A stretch of DNA of 64,000 bases from NCBI GenBank assembly GCA_040954595.2, contig CM082581.2, forward strand, positions 13,465,921-13,529,920, written 5' to 3'. Below are positions 23,756 through 35,900 of this stretch, one piece after another. This stretch comes from Balanoglossus misakiensis (Eukaryota > Animalia > Hemichordata). The notes beneath the pieces are model-generated. The model was not told the DNA's origin. It made no database searches and worked only from the letters and a program-made list of their open reading frames with translations. Every line of letters starts with the position of its first letter. Within the stretch, counting starts at the first letter, position 1. The position numbers and the translations under genes are program-made.

Positions 23756-25488
23756 ATGACTTTAGTAGGAATGGACGCCAGGATTGCATTGAAGTTTTTC
23801 GCGACTGTGGTTTTAGCTGTTTCAACACTCAGAGAATGCAATGCTTGTTTCATTAATGATTGTGCGATGGGAGGAAAGAGGGCGGCTGGGCCAATAGTTG
23901 GATCTGCAAACCATGCGTTAAGACAGGTACGTTTCTCTAAAATTATTCATAATGACTGTCTGTTCGAGTTCGAACTTTGAGATAACAAAATGTTAAGGAT
24001 CGGATTACACATAATAGTCGTTGGGTCTTTGGGGTTTGCAAAAGTACATAGACCGTGTCACTGAAGTACGATTCATAGTGTAGCATGTTTTGAAAGTTTT
24101 TTTGTCATTATTGAGTTTAGCAAAGCGTCGATTACAGGCTTGAATGGATTAATCGACACCGTAGAGAGATTATATTTGATAGTTGTCAGTAAGAAAGAAA
24201 AAAAAACTACAGAGAATCGATGTAAATTTCACCCATTTGTACTTTCCATTCCGATCTGGCCGTTTATGCGTGGGTTTCGCCTCCGCAATCCGCGAAAACT
24301 ATCGGCCACGATTTCACAAAAGTAGATTCGTCTCCTCGCGAGACTTCGGTCATCGATCAAGGATGAGTGTACGGCACTGTCGATGATTCAGACCCCTTTC
24401 CCTTCTGGCATCGTAACCATAGAAACTTGTCAGGGTCTTAGCAAGCATTACGTCAATTGTGTCGTGCATACAGCTACCCGCCTATCTGAAAACAACAGAT
24501 GACTCAAGAACCGGTTGCAAAGAAAGACTGCTGCGACGATAAGTATTCCTGAAACAGCAGTAATCTCTCGGCGATATGACAAATCCTCGTACCCTGCTGT
24601 CTTCGCTTTATACTCACCTGCTGTCCAGCCCTGACTGATGTTAAAGGGATAACATCATCTCTCATCTACATATGTCCATATTGTGACCCTGTGGTGGCGC
24701 ATTTTAGGGAAGCCATCCAAGTCAAATTCTGTGATTGGCTATAACTCCACTTTCGGAGACTCACGATAGCTGTGTAGTCTTGCAAAAGGCGGTGAATAAA
24801 TGGGTGTGGCACCCGTTTATTGTTTAACAATTGTCCATATATTATGTCAATTATCTCATTTAAAGACATCATTCTAAGTTTGAAAGTAAAAATCATTATA
24901 ATATTGCAAAACATGGCAGCTATTGGGGCTTTAACTAACGGACATTGATCTTTTCTCTCCCATCACCTTACAGTGCATACCATGCGGACCAAACAACTCA
25001 GGTCAATGCGTCGGCCCGCGCATCTGCTGCGGTTCGTTTGGTTGTTACTTCGCTACTCAGGAGTCCGCTGTCTGCCAACAAGAAACCCAAATACCGGTGC
25101 CCTGTGAGGGCAAAGGTCAATCTTGCGGAGAATTCGGACACGGAAAATGTGTTGCTTCCAACACGTGTTGCTCAGAAAGTAAGATCTCTTACGTTACATT
25201 GCAATACCTAAAAATCTAGCTTCTTCTATATCATTTAATGGAAATTTGGAAAAGTTCACTCGTAATAGGTAACATTATTTTAACCAAATATATTTACGTC
25301 AGTTAATTCATAATTTTACCATGTTTTTGCTTATTTTTGTAGATAATTGCTCGTTCGACAAGTCGTGCAAGGCTTACGCCGACGACAGCTTTGACACGAA
25401 AGCCGATTCCTCAACGATGTTCAAACGCGCATTCAAGGATCTCCTGGAAGATAGGCTCTTCTCGGCAATGAATGCCAGACGGCGATAG
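23756..25488 (+). CDS. OXT/AVP: Vasopressin/oxytocin-type neuropeptide-neurophysin precursor, coding exons 23756-23926, 24974-25178, 25343-25488; 173 aa
   Basis: Signal peptide (MTLVGMDARIALKFFATVVLAVSTLRECNA), then C-x4-C nonapeptide CFINDCAMG with GKR amidation/cleavage site, linker AAGPIVGSANHALRQ, and a 14-cysteine neurophysin (CIPCGPNNSGQCVGPRICCGSFGCYFATQESAVCQQETQIPVPCEGKGQSCGEFGHGKCVASNTCCSENNCSFDKSC). The tail is KAYADDSFDTKADSSTMFKRAFKDLLEDRLFSAMNARRR*. GT-AG introns in phases 0 and 1 keep the frame. Confidence 0.97.
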
Positions 25489-26039
25489 AGTTTAGAAGAA
25501 TATGATTGGGTTCCACACTTGAAACAAACACCTTCACTCATGCGTTGGTGGAAAGTTCATCTCTTCACCTGTGATCGCACTGCTGGCATTTGTAACCAGA
25601 CAAGAATGACACCTTTCTAGAACAGCACCTTCCTAAAAATACACCCTTTTCGTATTTTCACAATCTGTACTCAAGAATCAAAATAAGGAATTATATTCCA
25701 ACTTGCGTGACGAATTCGCCAATTCTTAAGGGTTTTCTATTTTCCCTCAGCGTAGCTTAGTAACGACCACTGTTGTCATGGATGTCGATTAGTATAAACG
25801 TAAGGATATGTAGATTAACACACAGTGACTTGTAGCACTTTCGAATCACGTCTGTTAGAGTGACGTCTTTAAATTTCAACCTGAGCAAACTGGTGCAAAC
25901 CCAGCGCTCCAAAAACACTTCGATCTTTCATTCATCAATGTCTGTATCCCTTTTTAAGGAGACAACCTTCTTGTGAAGGGAGCTACACAAAGTTTCCATA
26001 TCTGTCCCTTCTTGAGGACTACACTTTTCTTCCTATCCG

Positions 26040-26045
26040 AATAAA
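26040..26045 (+). terminator. Candidate polyadenylation signal for the neuropeptide gene; alternatives at 26421 and 26492
   Basis: First AATAAA I found downstream of the stop codon at 25488. Confidence 0.45.
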
Positions 26046-29000
26046 ATCATTTTGTAATTTCTGCATACAAAGATATATCATCCCTGAATAATTCAACCTT
26101 AATTTACATATGCCTGACTCACAAGAGACTCGTGCTGTGTGTCATACATTGCAAGCAAAAAAAAATGTTTGTCTTTCTAAAAGCACACTACACCACTCGC
26201 TGGAAAGAAAACACTGACTTGACTAAGAAAATATCGATATTTTCCAGTCCGTACCAAAGATCAAAAGGATATCATGACGATCAACAGAACTAAAAACTCG
26301 ATTCTACACTGGAAGCGAAAGGTGACACTTGTATTATTATATATTTAGCATTTGACACTGGCATATTCTGTAAGTCAACAACACCTTGTATATACATATT
26401 CATGATTTCCTTTCATATTTAATAAATTTTAAGCAGTCAATAACTTTGAAGAACTCCTGTCGTTTCATCTTCCAATCTATGCGAGTGTAGAAATAAAATA
26501 TTATTAAAAGTATTTAAACAGATTTGTATTCAGAAAATGCTAGGCAGGGATGACTTATGCAAATACACTGTGAATAAGTTTTCTTTCAGACGAGCAAAGA
26601 ATTAACTAACCTTGGCCTCTTTGAAATTTAAATCACTGTGTTTAGGGACCCTGTCAAGGTCTACAATCACAGTTCTGTAGTAAGGCTTGAAGGTAAATAC
26701 ACGAACAACGAGTATAACCAATTAATAAGTCCCCTTTGTAAACCCCCATGTCTGAACAGACATAGCCATCAACTTGATTGACCGACTTGCGATACAATAC
26801 TTGCCAAAAACAGTGTGTGTGTTTTATTGTTGAATTGGTATATCGACCTGGCGTCTAATCCATGCTATGTAGATTTTGGTGCATTGCTACTTTGTGGTCA
26901 AATAATACTAAATGAGAAATTCATAAAGCTTGTATCAAAGCACGCCACCAGGCGGTTGTAGAATTCCCATGTATGGTCTTCGTTTTGTTGAGTTCCTCAG
27001 CCTGAGACTTATGAGACTCCATGATCGCCAACAGAAAGTGCGCGCGCCCTCATGCGTTCTCGCGCTTCACGGCCGGCCGTCCTTGTCATGTAACTCAACA
27101 AACCTTCCATTAGATGAGGACTGATAATCTTGTTTAATAAATGTAAGACTTCACTGATGACAACATCAAATTGGCTCAGTCGGTGACTCGATTTGAATTG
27201 ATCTCTGGAGACTCCACCGATTTACTGCAAATTAACTGAATTATTTTGACCCGAATCTTATTAGATGACATATTCTTTCAAGGGCCCACTCTGTAAGCGC
27301 TACAAAATGTACTCATTTGAACGGGGACTATTCTAGTGAACTGGGAACGGGAAATGTAACGTTATTTGGCGGGTGAACTACACAGGTGTACACCTGCTTT
27401 TAATTTAGTCATACATTATTCAGACTTGACACCTGTGTCTCACTAAAATTACATTCCGCTGGACAATGGTGGAAACATGTTCGCGTGAATAAACGTGCGA
27501 TGAGACACACACGCAAATCAGATTTGCTGATGTTTTACCGCCGTGCAAAGATCCCTCGAGCACTGCGGTCGTTCAGCGGTCGTTTTACTAGAATTCTGAG
27601 CAGTCACTTCTTTAGTGAACAAGTGACTATGAGTTTTCCCAGTTCAAGAATGTTTGTCCTTGTGCCAGATTTGAACAAAATTGACCCATGCATCACAACA
27701 AAATGGCTGACTGACAGCCATATTAGATCATATCACAACACAAATTGATGTGTATATGTATGCCAGGCCATATCAGAATAATAAATCCGGCCATGAAAAT
27801 GAATTGTATAAGTTTAGATCGCGAAGTGAGTTGACGTGCATACAGGTATGGTCCCCAGTATGCTGTTCTTGTGCCGAGTGTGAATGAAATCGCTTCAGGC
27901 ATACACGAGTTACGACTCCGGATGCAAGGACGGGCAGACAGTCGGAGCCCAATCTAATAAATGGCTGCAACTACGATATAACATGCACCCAGAAAGGAAG
28001 TCCGCCATTTCTCTTCGGAGAAGGTTACAAATGCGTTCTATCCGACTGAAATAATCTGCAGAGCGGTTAGCAGAATTGAAATGAAATAAATTTGCTCAAA
28101 AGAAACGAAAAACCTTCCCATTACTTGGCGCATATGCCTTCACAAGCGTTCTATATTTTCTCCGTTAAGATCCAGGTCAGATGATAAGAGGCTTCACCCG
28201 CCACTATCTACTATTTCAATATATCAGATTAAGAGCTGTATATGTAATATCTTGGAATCGATACTCTGCCAATTTCTTTTCAAATTGGGGTGATTTTTTC
28301 AAAAGAGACCGTGCTTAACTTTCTTTTATTGAATTTCAAAAAATTACTATATGGCGTCAAAAGAACATCGTCGTTGGTGTCATTGTCTCGTGGCTTTGAC
28401 GCGCGATATAATTTTATTCTCTCTGCTGACGCGATTATCTTGTAGGCCTTAAAGTCCCGTTCGACCAATGACCCATAACCTTGTCCAGTGATGAAATACG
28501 AAAGAGAAGCGGCCATGCCACACAGCCTTAAATCTCTAATTATCATCGAAGTACAAAATCCGCGGGAAAGGAAGCTTTAGCAGGACACCGAGGTTTTATT
28601 GTGGAGATCAATCATGTTCACTTTGAAAGAGCCGCCACTGTTACACAGTTCAAATGGTTTACACGGTGAAACCTGGTCACAACCAACTTATTCAAATACA
28701 CCGTACGCTGGTAACCCGGCGGACGCAAGCCTTTTGCGGCCACGAAACATTTGAGAGAATCTGATAAAATAAAAATAAAAGGGAAACCTAGCCTTCATCT
28801 TACAAATTGTCGAACTCGGCGTAATAAACTTTAATGCATATTACACTACTGAGTTCAGGTGTCAACAAGAATATATGGTGAGATTTATGATAGCCGTAAA
28901 CACTTCGTTGTACGGAATACTCTTAATCATTTATCTTAACGGTCAGTAGATTATGTTGGCATTAACTCGGTCGGAATACCCAATACCAGTGCCACAACCC

Positions 29001-29144
29001 GACACTCTCGTTAAGTAAAATATCTTAATTAAATACGTGTTAATATATCTCGCGTGTGCTTTGGTTCATGATTGTGGCAGAACCGACCGCTCTTGCCAAT
29101 TCTCTCCGTTTAGTGCTCGGCTCATAATCTGAGAGCCTAACTGT

Positions 29145-29498
29145 TCATCGCATAATGACGGAAGGGGCTTTGTGGGTAACGTCCACGCTTTGACGTTGAC
29201 ATTTATATACAGTACCGGTATATGGTTTCCATGCCATCACAACGGACCGAGATCGATTGTCTAGGGAAAGTGGGTCACAGTTGTTCAATATTGAAGCTCT
29301 TCTTAAATTGACACTATCACCTGAGAAGGCACTGCAGACTCTGTTGTGTGAGAATTGCTTTTCCAAACAAGAAAAGTACGGTTGACGCCATTTCCCAGTA
29401 CTCCCCATGAGACCCTTGAGTATATCAGAAAGTGGACAGCAAATTCGACCTTTAACATAATCGACGCCATTGTGATTTCTCACGAAGAGTCGCGTCAA
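29145..29498 (-). mobile_element. Possible decayed LINE reverse transcriptase core
   Basis: VSWGVLG..TFLV, then SAFSGDSVNLRR..NNCDPLSLD..AW..YKCQ..VTHK. This resembles SGVPQGSVLGP.LF..LFADD..YR..DC..LQ.D..W..KC..VTRK of CR1/L2-like elements. Confidence 0.35.
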
Positions 29499-31500
29499 TC
29501 AATAACAAAAATATTTCGGGGGAAAATAAAACTTTTGGCCCATTGAGACTCCGAGGTGAAAAGTGCGCCACCTGTACTGAACCGTGCTTGTGTCACACCA
29601 TACCCTAGCGATTATTGATAATGTTAATATACTTTGATTTACTGCAAGTTATTAAATTTTCACGCACACTATACGGCCCATTGTCATAACCTCATAATCT
29701 GAATTCAAAAACATAGTGCAACAGCAGTTAAAAAGCATTGGGTCGACCGCGCTATTAAAGGCAGCACAATGTTTCTGATTCCTGCACTGAGAGAGCAGAT
29801 TCATAACCCGCCGAGACGAGGCTTGGCTTTAAATTGAACAGGACTGGTAACCTATTTCAAGGAGTGTTCCTTAAAATAACGAGTGATCATTCTTGCTGTT
29901 TGAAATTCAAGGCTAATGTTGCCAGAAAACCCCCACGTCAGAACACAGCCACTCTGCGCATGCTCTCTGTGTGACTAAATTTCTGTTATCTTGTCACACT
30001 TGATTTATTGGCCGTACACATACATGATAAGAGAAAACTCTCATTAAAGTGCATTGACTGCAAGAAGCTTCGAGCAGATTTGCCAAAAGATTTCAGACCG
30101 AATGCAATTTTGATTACCAAACAGATAAGGGACCGTTTACACGGACAATTCAAGACCGAGGAGAATTTCAGGTCTTGAGTAACGAGTATTATGTAATTAT
30201 CCTCGACAAAACTTCCCAATTTTGAAGAGTTTCGTCAGCTAATTGCACCCATTCACATCAAACCACCGATGTATGTCCAATCGAGCGGCTGCCAAAATCA
30301 CAAAAAAACCTAAATGTCACACGGTCAAATATCGATCACCAAACAAAATATATAATGAAATAATGGATAGCTTTTACCACTAGGTCTCTAAAATTCTATA
30401 CAAAATCGAAAGCGAGTGGATTTTTTTCAGTCTGTGGATCTAGCGATTTACATGTATTTACATATGATCACGTTTTAGCACTTTTAAGGACAAACCTCTG
30501 GACCCTGACTAAAACAGCATGAAATTTCGAAGGAATGTTGATATTCTTCTTCAGTTTATGTAATAAAATTTTGCAGCCGAAGTAAAAAATAATCAGTTCG
30601 CGTCATTTACTCTGTTATCACTATGCAATTTAATTTAAAGTAACTGTCCTGTGAGATAATATATCTATTTAGCTCTCCCACGGGACTAAGTATACTTTAC
30701 GATATCAACCGTCAAATGACTGTCAATGCACAATGTACATTTATATTTGGATGACCTTTTCAGTCTTTAAGTTACAATTGAGTCAGTTGATTATTTTTCT
30801 GTGTGCCATTTCTAGTTGTTAGGAGATGTAAAGAAAAACATACCCTTACCATGTAAACGAGACTAATCAGCGATTTTAGCGGTGTGGTCACACGAAAAAA
30901 GTGCGCCACCAGAAGGTCGTTCGAAGACACGCCGTTATAAATCTTATAACAACTTTGATCATTGCAAGAAAGAAACAGCATATTCTTCCTGAGACAGTAT
31001 CCTCGAAAGAAACATAAACTGATTTATCTTGCTCAAAACGGCGCGACCTCTGCGTGCAGGGAACATCATATTTTACGACTTACGATTGTGTTTTGATAAA
31101 ATTCGACCTGAAACTAGTGAATGTGCAACCTGGATACAAACATTCCCAGTCTTGAGACACGTTTACGAGACCCGATGTTCTAGAACCTATTAGTGTGTTA
31201 TAATGACGATAACAATAAACATATCTATATCTCATCTGTTGACGTCTGGGATCACAATAAGACTTCTTCCCGTCAATAACTAACAACAGAAGGGAGCAAC
31301 CTCGGGGAGGGGGGAGATCTCTCTGGCCTACTTCGTATAATCGAATTGGTTATCTCTAATGACGTCATCAATAATTGAATCTATCCGGAAATTCTCTTTC
31401 AGGCATGTTGAAGTTTCCACCAATGTAAGGCACCGATGACCAAGACACAAACTGATGACAAGTACATGTAAGTCAAAAATAATTAAGCAATAACACAAGA

Positions 31501-31795
31501 TTTTGGTACAATTCGAGACATATAGCTTGAGCCGTTAGGCGAGTGCTATATGGAGCGAGTTGTACCAAAATTGTGTGTATACCCGACTGAGGCAGGGGTT
31601 ATTGCTATTATATTATATCAACAATTGATATTGGTACAATTCGAGACATATAGCACGAGCCTAAGGCGAGTGCTATATGGAGCGAGTTGTACCAAAATCG
31701 AGTGTACCGGTATACCCGACTGAGGCGGGGGTTATTGCTATTATATTATATCAACAATTGATTTTGGTACAATTCAAACATATAGCACGAGCCGT
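31501..31795. repeat. Tandem array of about 2.3 copies (128-133 bp unit), each unit containing a palindrome of about 70 bp
   Basis: GGTACAATTC recurs at 31505, 31633 and 31766. Within a unit, TTTTGGTACAA..CATATAGCAC pairs with GTGCTATATG..TTGTACCAAAA. Confidence 0.88.
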
Positions 31796-32479
31796 TGCAT
31801 TGGTTGCCTTAGATTAGAACTAAATTAAGCAATCGTTCGGGATGTAAAACCGAAACGTAAATCAGTTGAGATGTGCTCATTGGTTGTGTAGGTCACGTGA
31901 GGGACAGTGAAACGAAGTATGCTCTTAGCATCGAGAAGCTCAGATTAATGACTAGCGACTCAAGTGCGTCCGTGCTCCTCACGTAATTCGGAAATAATTT
32001 ATAGTGGGTTCTAAGGAGTTGCTATCGCAACGCAATATAAATTCAGCGCCGCAGTCAACAATCTGGAATTTCATCAGAAATCAGTTACCTTTGGAGTCAC
32101 ATTTTCCATTTCTGGTGTTTAAACATCTTATCAAATACTGCTTGCGTGAAAATTTGCGATGCGGTTCCCTTGGGTTGCCGCGAGTCTTGAGATTTGTTCG
32201 AATTTCGAAGTAATCTGCATTCGGGGGCAATTTTGCCCTGTGAGCATTGTGTTTGTACAAAACGTCCTCTCGCGGAAATCGCTTGTTCGATCAATTTGAA
32301 ATTAAGCGTACATGTCTCTTGAGATGATCGCTTAGATTTGTTCAAACTGTGAATACATCTTTTTGAAGCCACCTTGGCCATTTTTGCTTGAAATTTCCTT
32401 CGGGATGCTTTGCCAATGGTTTTTTAAGTCTTTTTAAGTCTAGTTCCAATATCTCTATTGCCATACATGTATGTGATTT

Positions 32480-32990
32480 CTAGGAAGCATGAGCTTAATT
32501 CTTTAAATGAACAACTTCTCGGCTGCCAGCAGTTCAGCAAAGAACACAGTGAATATGGTTTGCCGTTGCAGTGTTTTTAATCAAGGTTGTTGAATCTGAG
32601 TGATGAAAATACCGGAAGGAAGGTCATATGTGAAGGTCAAGATGGCCCGTTGGGGCGTGAGTGTGGATAGCGTGGATCTGATTTCAACCACAGGCATTTT
32701 TGCGGTCACTTGTTCAATAAACTTCAATTCATCATGCAAATGGTTTAAACCGTGTGCCGGTGAATGCCCGTATAGCAAATAGCTTCACGACCTACATTGC
32801 AATTCTATCTCATTCGATGGCTTAGACAAGTCCGCTCGCGTTTCATATTAGGATGGGTTGAAAGGTCAGACAAAGAATTGACAATGTGGTAGTTCCGCTA
32901 CTCACTAAAACCAAATCGTTTAATGGTTTACGTGAACTCTTCTATACCGCCTGCCGATTTAAGTCTAACGACTAAAAGGTAATGTCCCCG
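32480..32990 (-). mobile_element. Possible decayed Penelope-like retroelement (RT thumb/linker region)
   Basis: Collinear pieces VNSLSD, ADLSKPSN (resembles TDLYxKPTD), HLHDELKF, RAILTFTYDLP (resembles R.PLV.TY.P) and PRSCSFKEL (resembles RR..SLK..L). Confidence 0.35.
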
Positions 32991-35900
32991 TAGAACTAAA
33001 TATTCTAATAACACTACCAACCCAATCACTATATTAAAAACAGACATCCTGACGGGGTTATTGGGGTCGAAACATGGACTTCTCTGTGAGTAATGATTTG
33101 GGGTTTTTCCTCCTCTTAATACATGCTTATAGTTATCAGCTCATCGTACTTTCAGATATACAACCCCTACTTCAAGACATATCAACCAATCCGGGACAGG
33201 CATAGCATATGCGCTGAATACCCACGGTTTAACTAATGGGTCTACACGAGAAAGTTATCCTATATCTTACAATACTTAAATGGACGCTGAAAGCTATGGG
33301 GATTATTACCCACTCAGATTTCCCTCTAGTGGAGCTGAGAGCAATATGTACTTCTTAAATATAGATATCATCTGGACGTTTCAAGAAATTACTTAAACAT
33401 GGCGCTCTAAACTGCGCCCATTAGTTTGTGCTCGGAGATATTTAAAACGACAACCAGTCCGCCAAATAAAAAGTGCCCACAAGCATGTTGGTATGCACAT
33501 GGGACACGTGGTTCTGCGAAACCAATCCTTGCATAAAAAATACTGAGAGATCATAAAATGTATTTGACTTTCTTATGTCGCAGTAAAGATTAGTGTTAGT
33601 GAGAGAGTTAATAGACTCAGGAATCTATTTTTGAACATGATGGCGTGGCGGTCCTTTGACATTTTGTGTTAGATCGGGTCATGCCAGGTCATGATCTGGT
33701 AGGGTGGCCATCCAACTACAGATTGCCGTTGACTGTTACATGAACCATTAGGGTTAACTATAATACCAGCAAAAGTATTTATATTGCCCATGTAACCCCG
33801 CGTCGAACTTTCATCAAACACTTAATGAAATGAGAGCAAATTCTATGAAATGTTGCATTATAGTGGTGGACAGACAGGCAGGCAGGCATCCTCCCAGCTT
33901 TCCTGTTAAGGCAATTTCCAAATGTGTTGGTTTATTTTTTAGTATAATGCCACATTGATCGTGGAAATATCATCGTAGCGTAAGACTCTGTGACAATAAT
34001 GGCGGCATATTAGTTTTGACATTTGACAAGTGAGCACCATTTGGACCAAATGGCAATAGCTTGAGGACTATACAGTCGCGGTGCCTTGAACAATGTAATA
34101 TGAACGCGTCAAAGTTGGTGTTCATTTTATCTATCGTAAACGCGAGGATTATGGTATATTTTAGGGGAAAATCACCCTTTTTATGAATTGGTGAACGACA
34201 AAGAAGGTAAAACAGGAAATTTGATGCGTGTCGTATTCAAGTTATATGAGCATAATATGAGATGTTACTAAGTATATGATGACTTGAGTACATTTTGGCA
34301 TCGATCAATCTCCTGCAATAGGACCTAGCTATCTCAATATGAATTACAGTTACTATATTTATCACACATAGAATTCTTGAAAATTAAACAGTATACATGA
34401 TAAAGTACCCGAACTTTTCAATTGGAAACCATATTGTAGTGCACGTGATCGATCATATATAATATTATTTAGACTTCGCGTCGGCATATGAGAAACCCAA
34501 GTCCACGCGCAATTATTAAAGACCATTACAAATGTCTCGTATGTAACAGGACACCGATACAGAAAGACTGCGAGTCAACAAAGTTTCTACATACTGCTTG
34601 GCAGCAGATATGTTTGGATCGGATTATTTGCAGCATTATCGGTGATTCAGGCTGCCGGGGCATTTTTCATAATTCCGGATTTGTGGCTTATTTCAGAGTA
34701 CGAAACAAGGCCATATATCTTGCTGTTTGTTTGCATTTCATCTGAGCAGAATCAACGCCTGCGCACAGTGTAGATGGTTCTGTTTTGTTGGAGGCGATGC
34801 GTGAAACATAAGAATCGAATTTCAAGGCAGATTACTTAATTGTGATCAGACTCATTTGCCGACGGAGGTCGTCGGTTTGTGTTAGAACTCGGGCGGGATG
34901 CGTGATGGGGCCTGTTTCCATGGCAGCAACTCTAATGGCCTCCGAGTAAAGTTCAATTGCAGAATCGTGACAGGCTTTAACACATGGGTACGTCAGCTCT
35001 ATAGTGATTCGAGTTCCGGCGTTCAAGACGTGTAGTCGGTGCATCTATTTCAAATCCCAATATCTGAAACCAGGCGTAATTGCTGAAAAAGACTGTTTGC
35101 ACATCGCCACTCAGCCTTCTTGAGATTTGTGGAGTGGACGGGACATCAATGGCGCCCCTTGAATCACTAGAATGCTTTACTAAATTGGCAACAACTGGAA
35201 GACAGCAATGACAAGTTTCCATTTGGCGCGTGATGGTTTTGTCAAATACGTCGTCGAAATGTTCCAAGTAATGGTCATTTCACATAGGCTTCTCTGCCAT
35301 TGTTCGCCATGTCTTAAATCAGCAATAACATCTGGGCATTATACAGATTGTGCGTGACTTCCATACCGCCGCCAGTAATGGGATTTTTGCTCGTTGAGGA
35401 TTTCCATTTTCTGAATCATGGCTTCGTGGTAATTACCTTACCATACATGAGGTCGACCATTTTTATTTGTTTCTCATCGTATTAGGGCCTCTGTCGAAGA
35501 ATAGTCAAATGGGAATAAAAATATTCCGTGTAACTTTAGCATTTTCAAACAAATTCCTGCAGAGGTCATTTAGTTCTAATTTTATGGTCTTGTTCAATCA
35601 AAAGGGCTGACTCGCTTTATAAAAAAGATCAAAAGTCGTAGCTTTACAGAAGTGGGAGTGCATGCATTAATTTTTTACCTGATAACTTCTTTTCAGAGTG
35701 TGCCAACTTTGTTTTGAATAATTTATGTTGAAAGGATGTGACACGTCTGCGTGTTATATTCCTGTCATGAACTGCCCCGTCTTTCCATTCGAGTGAACGG
35801 TGTTGTCCAGAGAAACGTGCCAAGTGACGCGGAAAATTCAATATTCCTTTCAACGACAGAAACAGACGAGTCATGCATGTGGGTAAATCTCGTCTTAGTA

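Noticed and set aside
31501-31795. CRISPR-like appearance of the palindromic repeats (also the arrays at 47.7 and 50.7 kb)
   Set aside because: The sequence between palindromes is itself repeated, so there are no unique spacers. The units are too long, there are no cas genes, and the context is eukaryotic.
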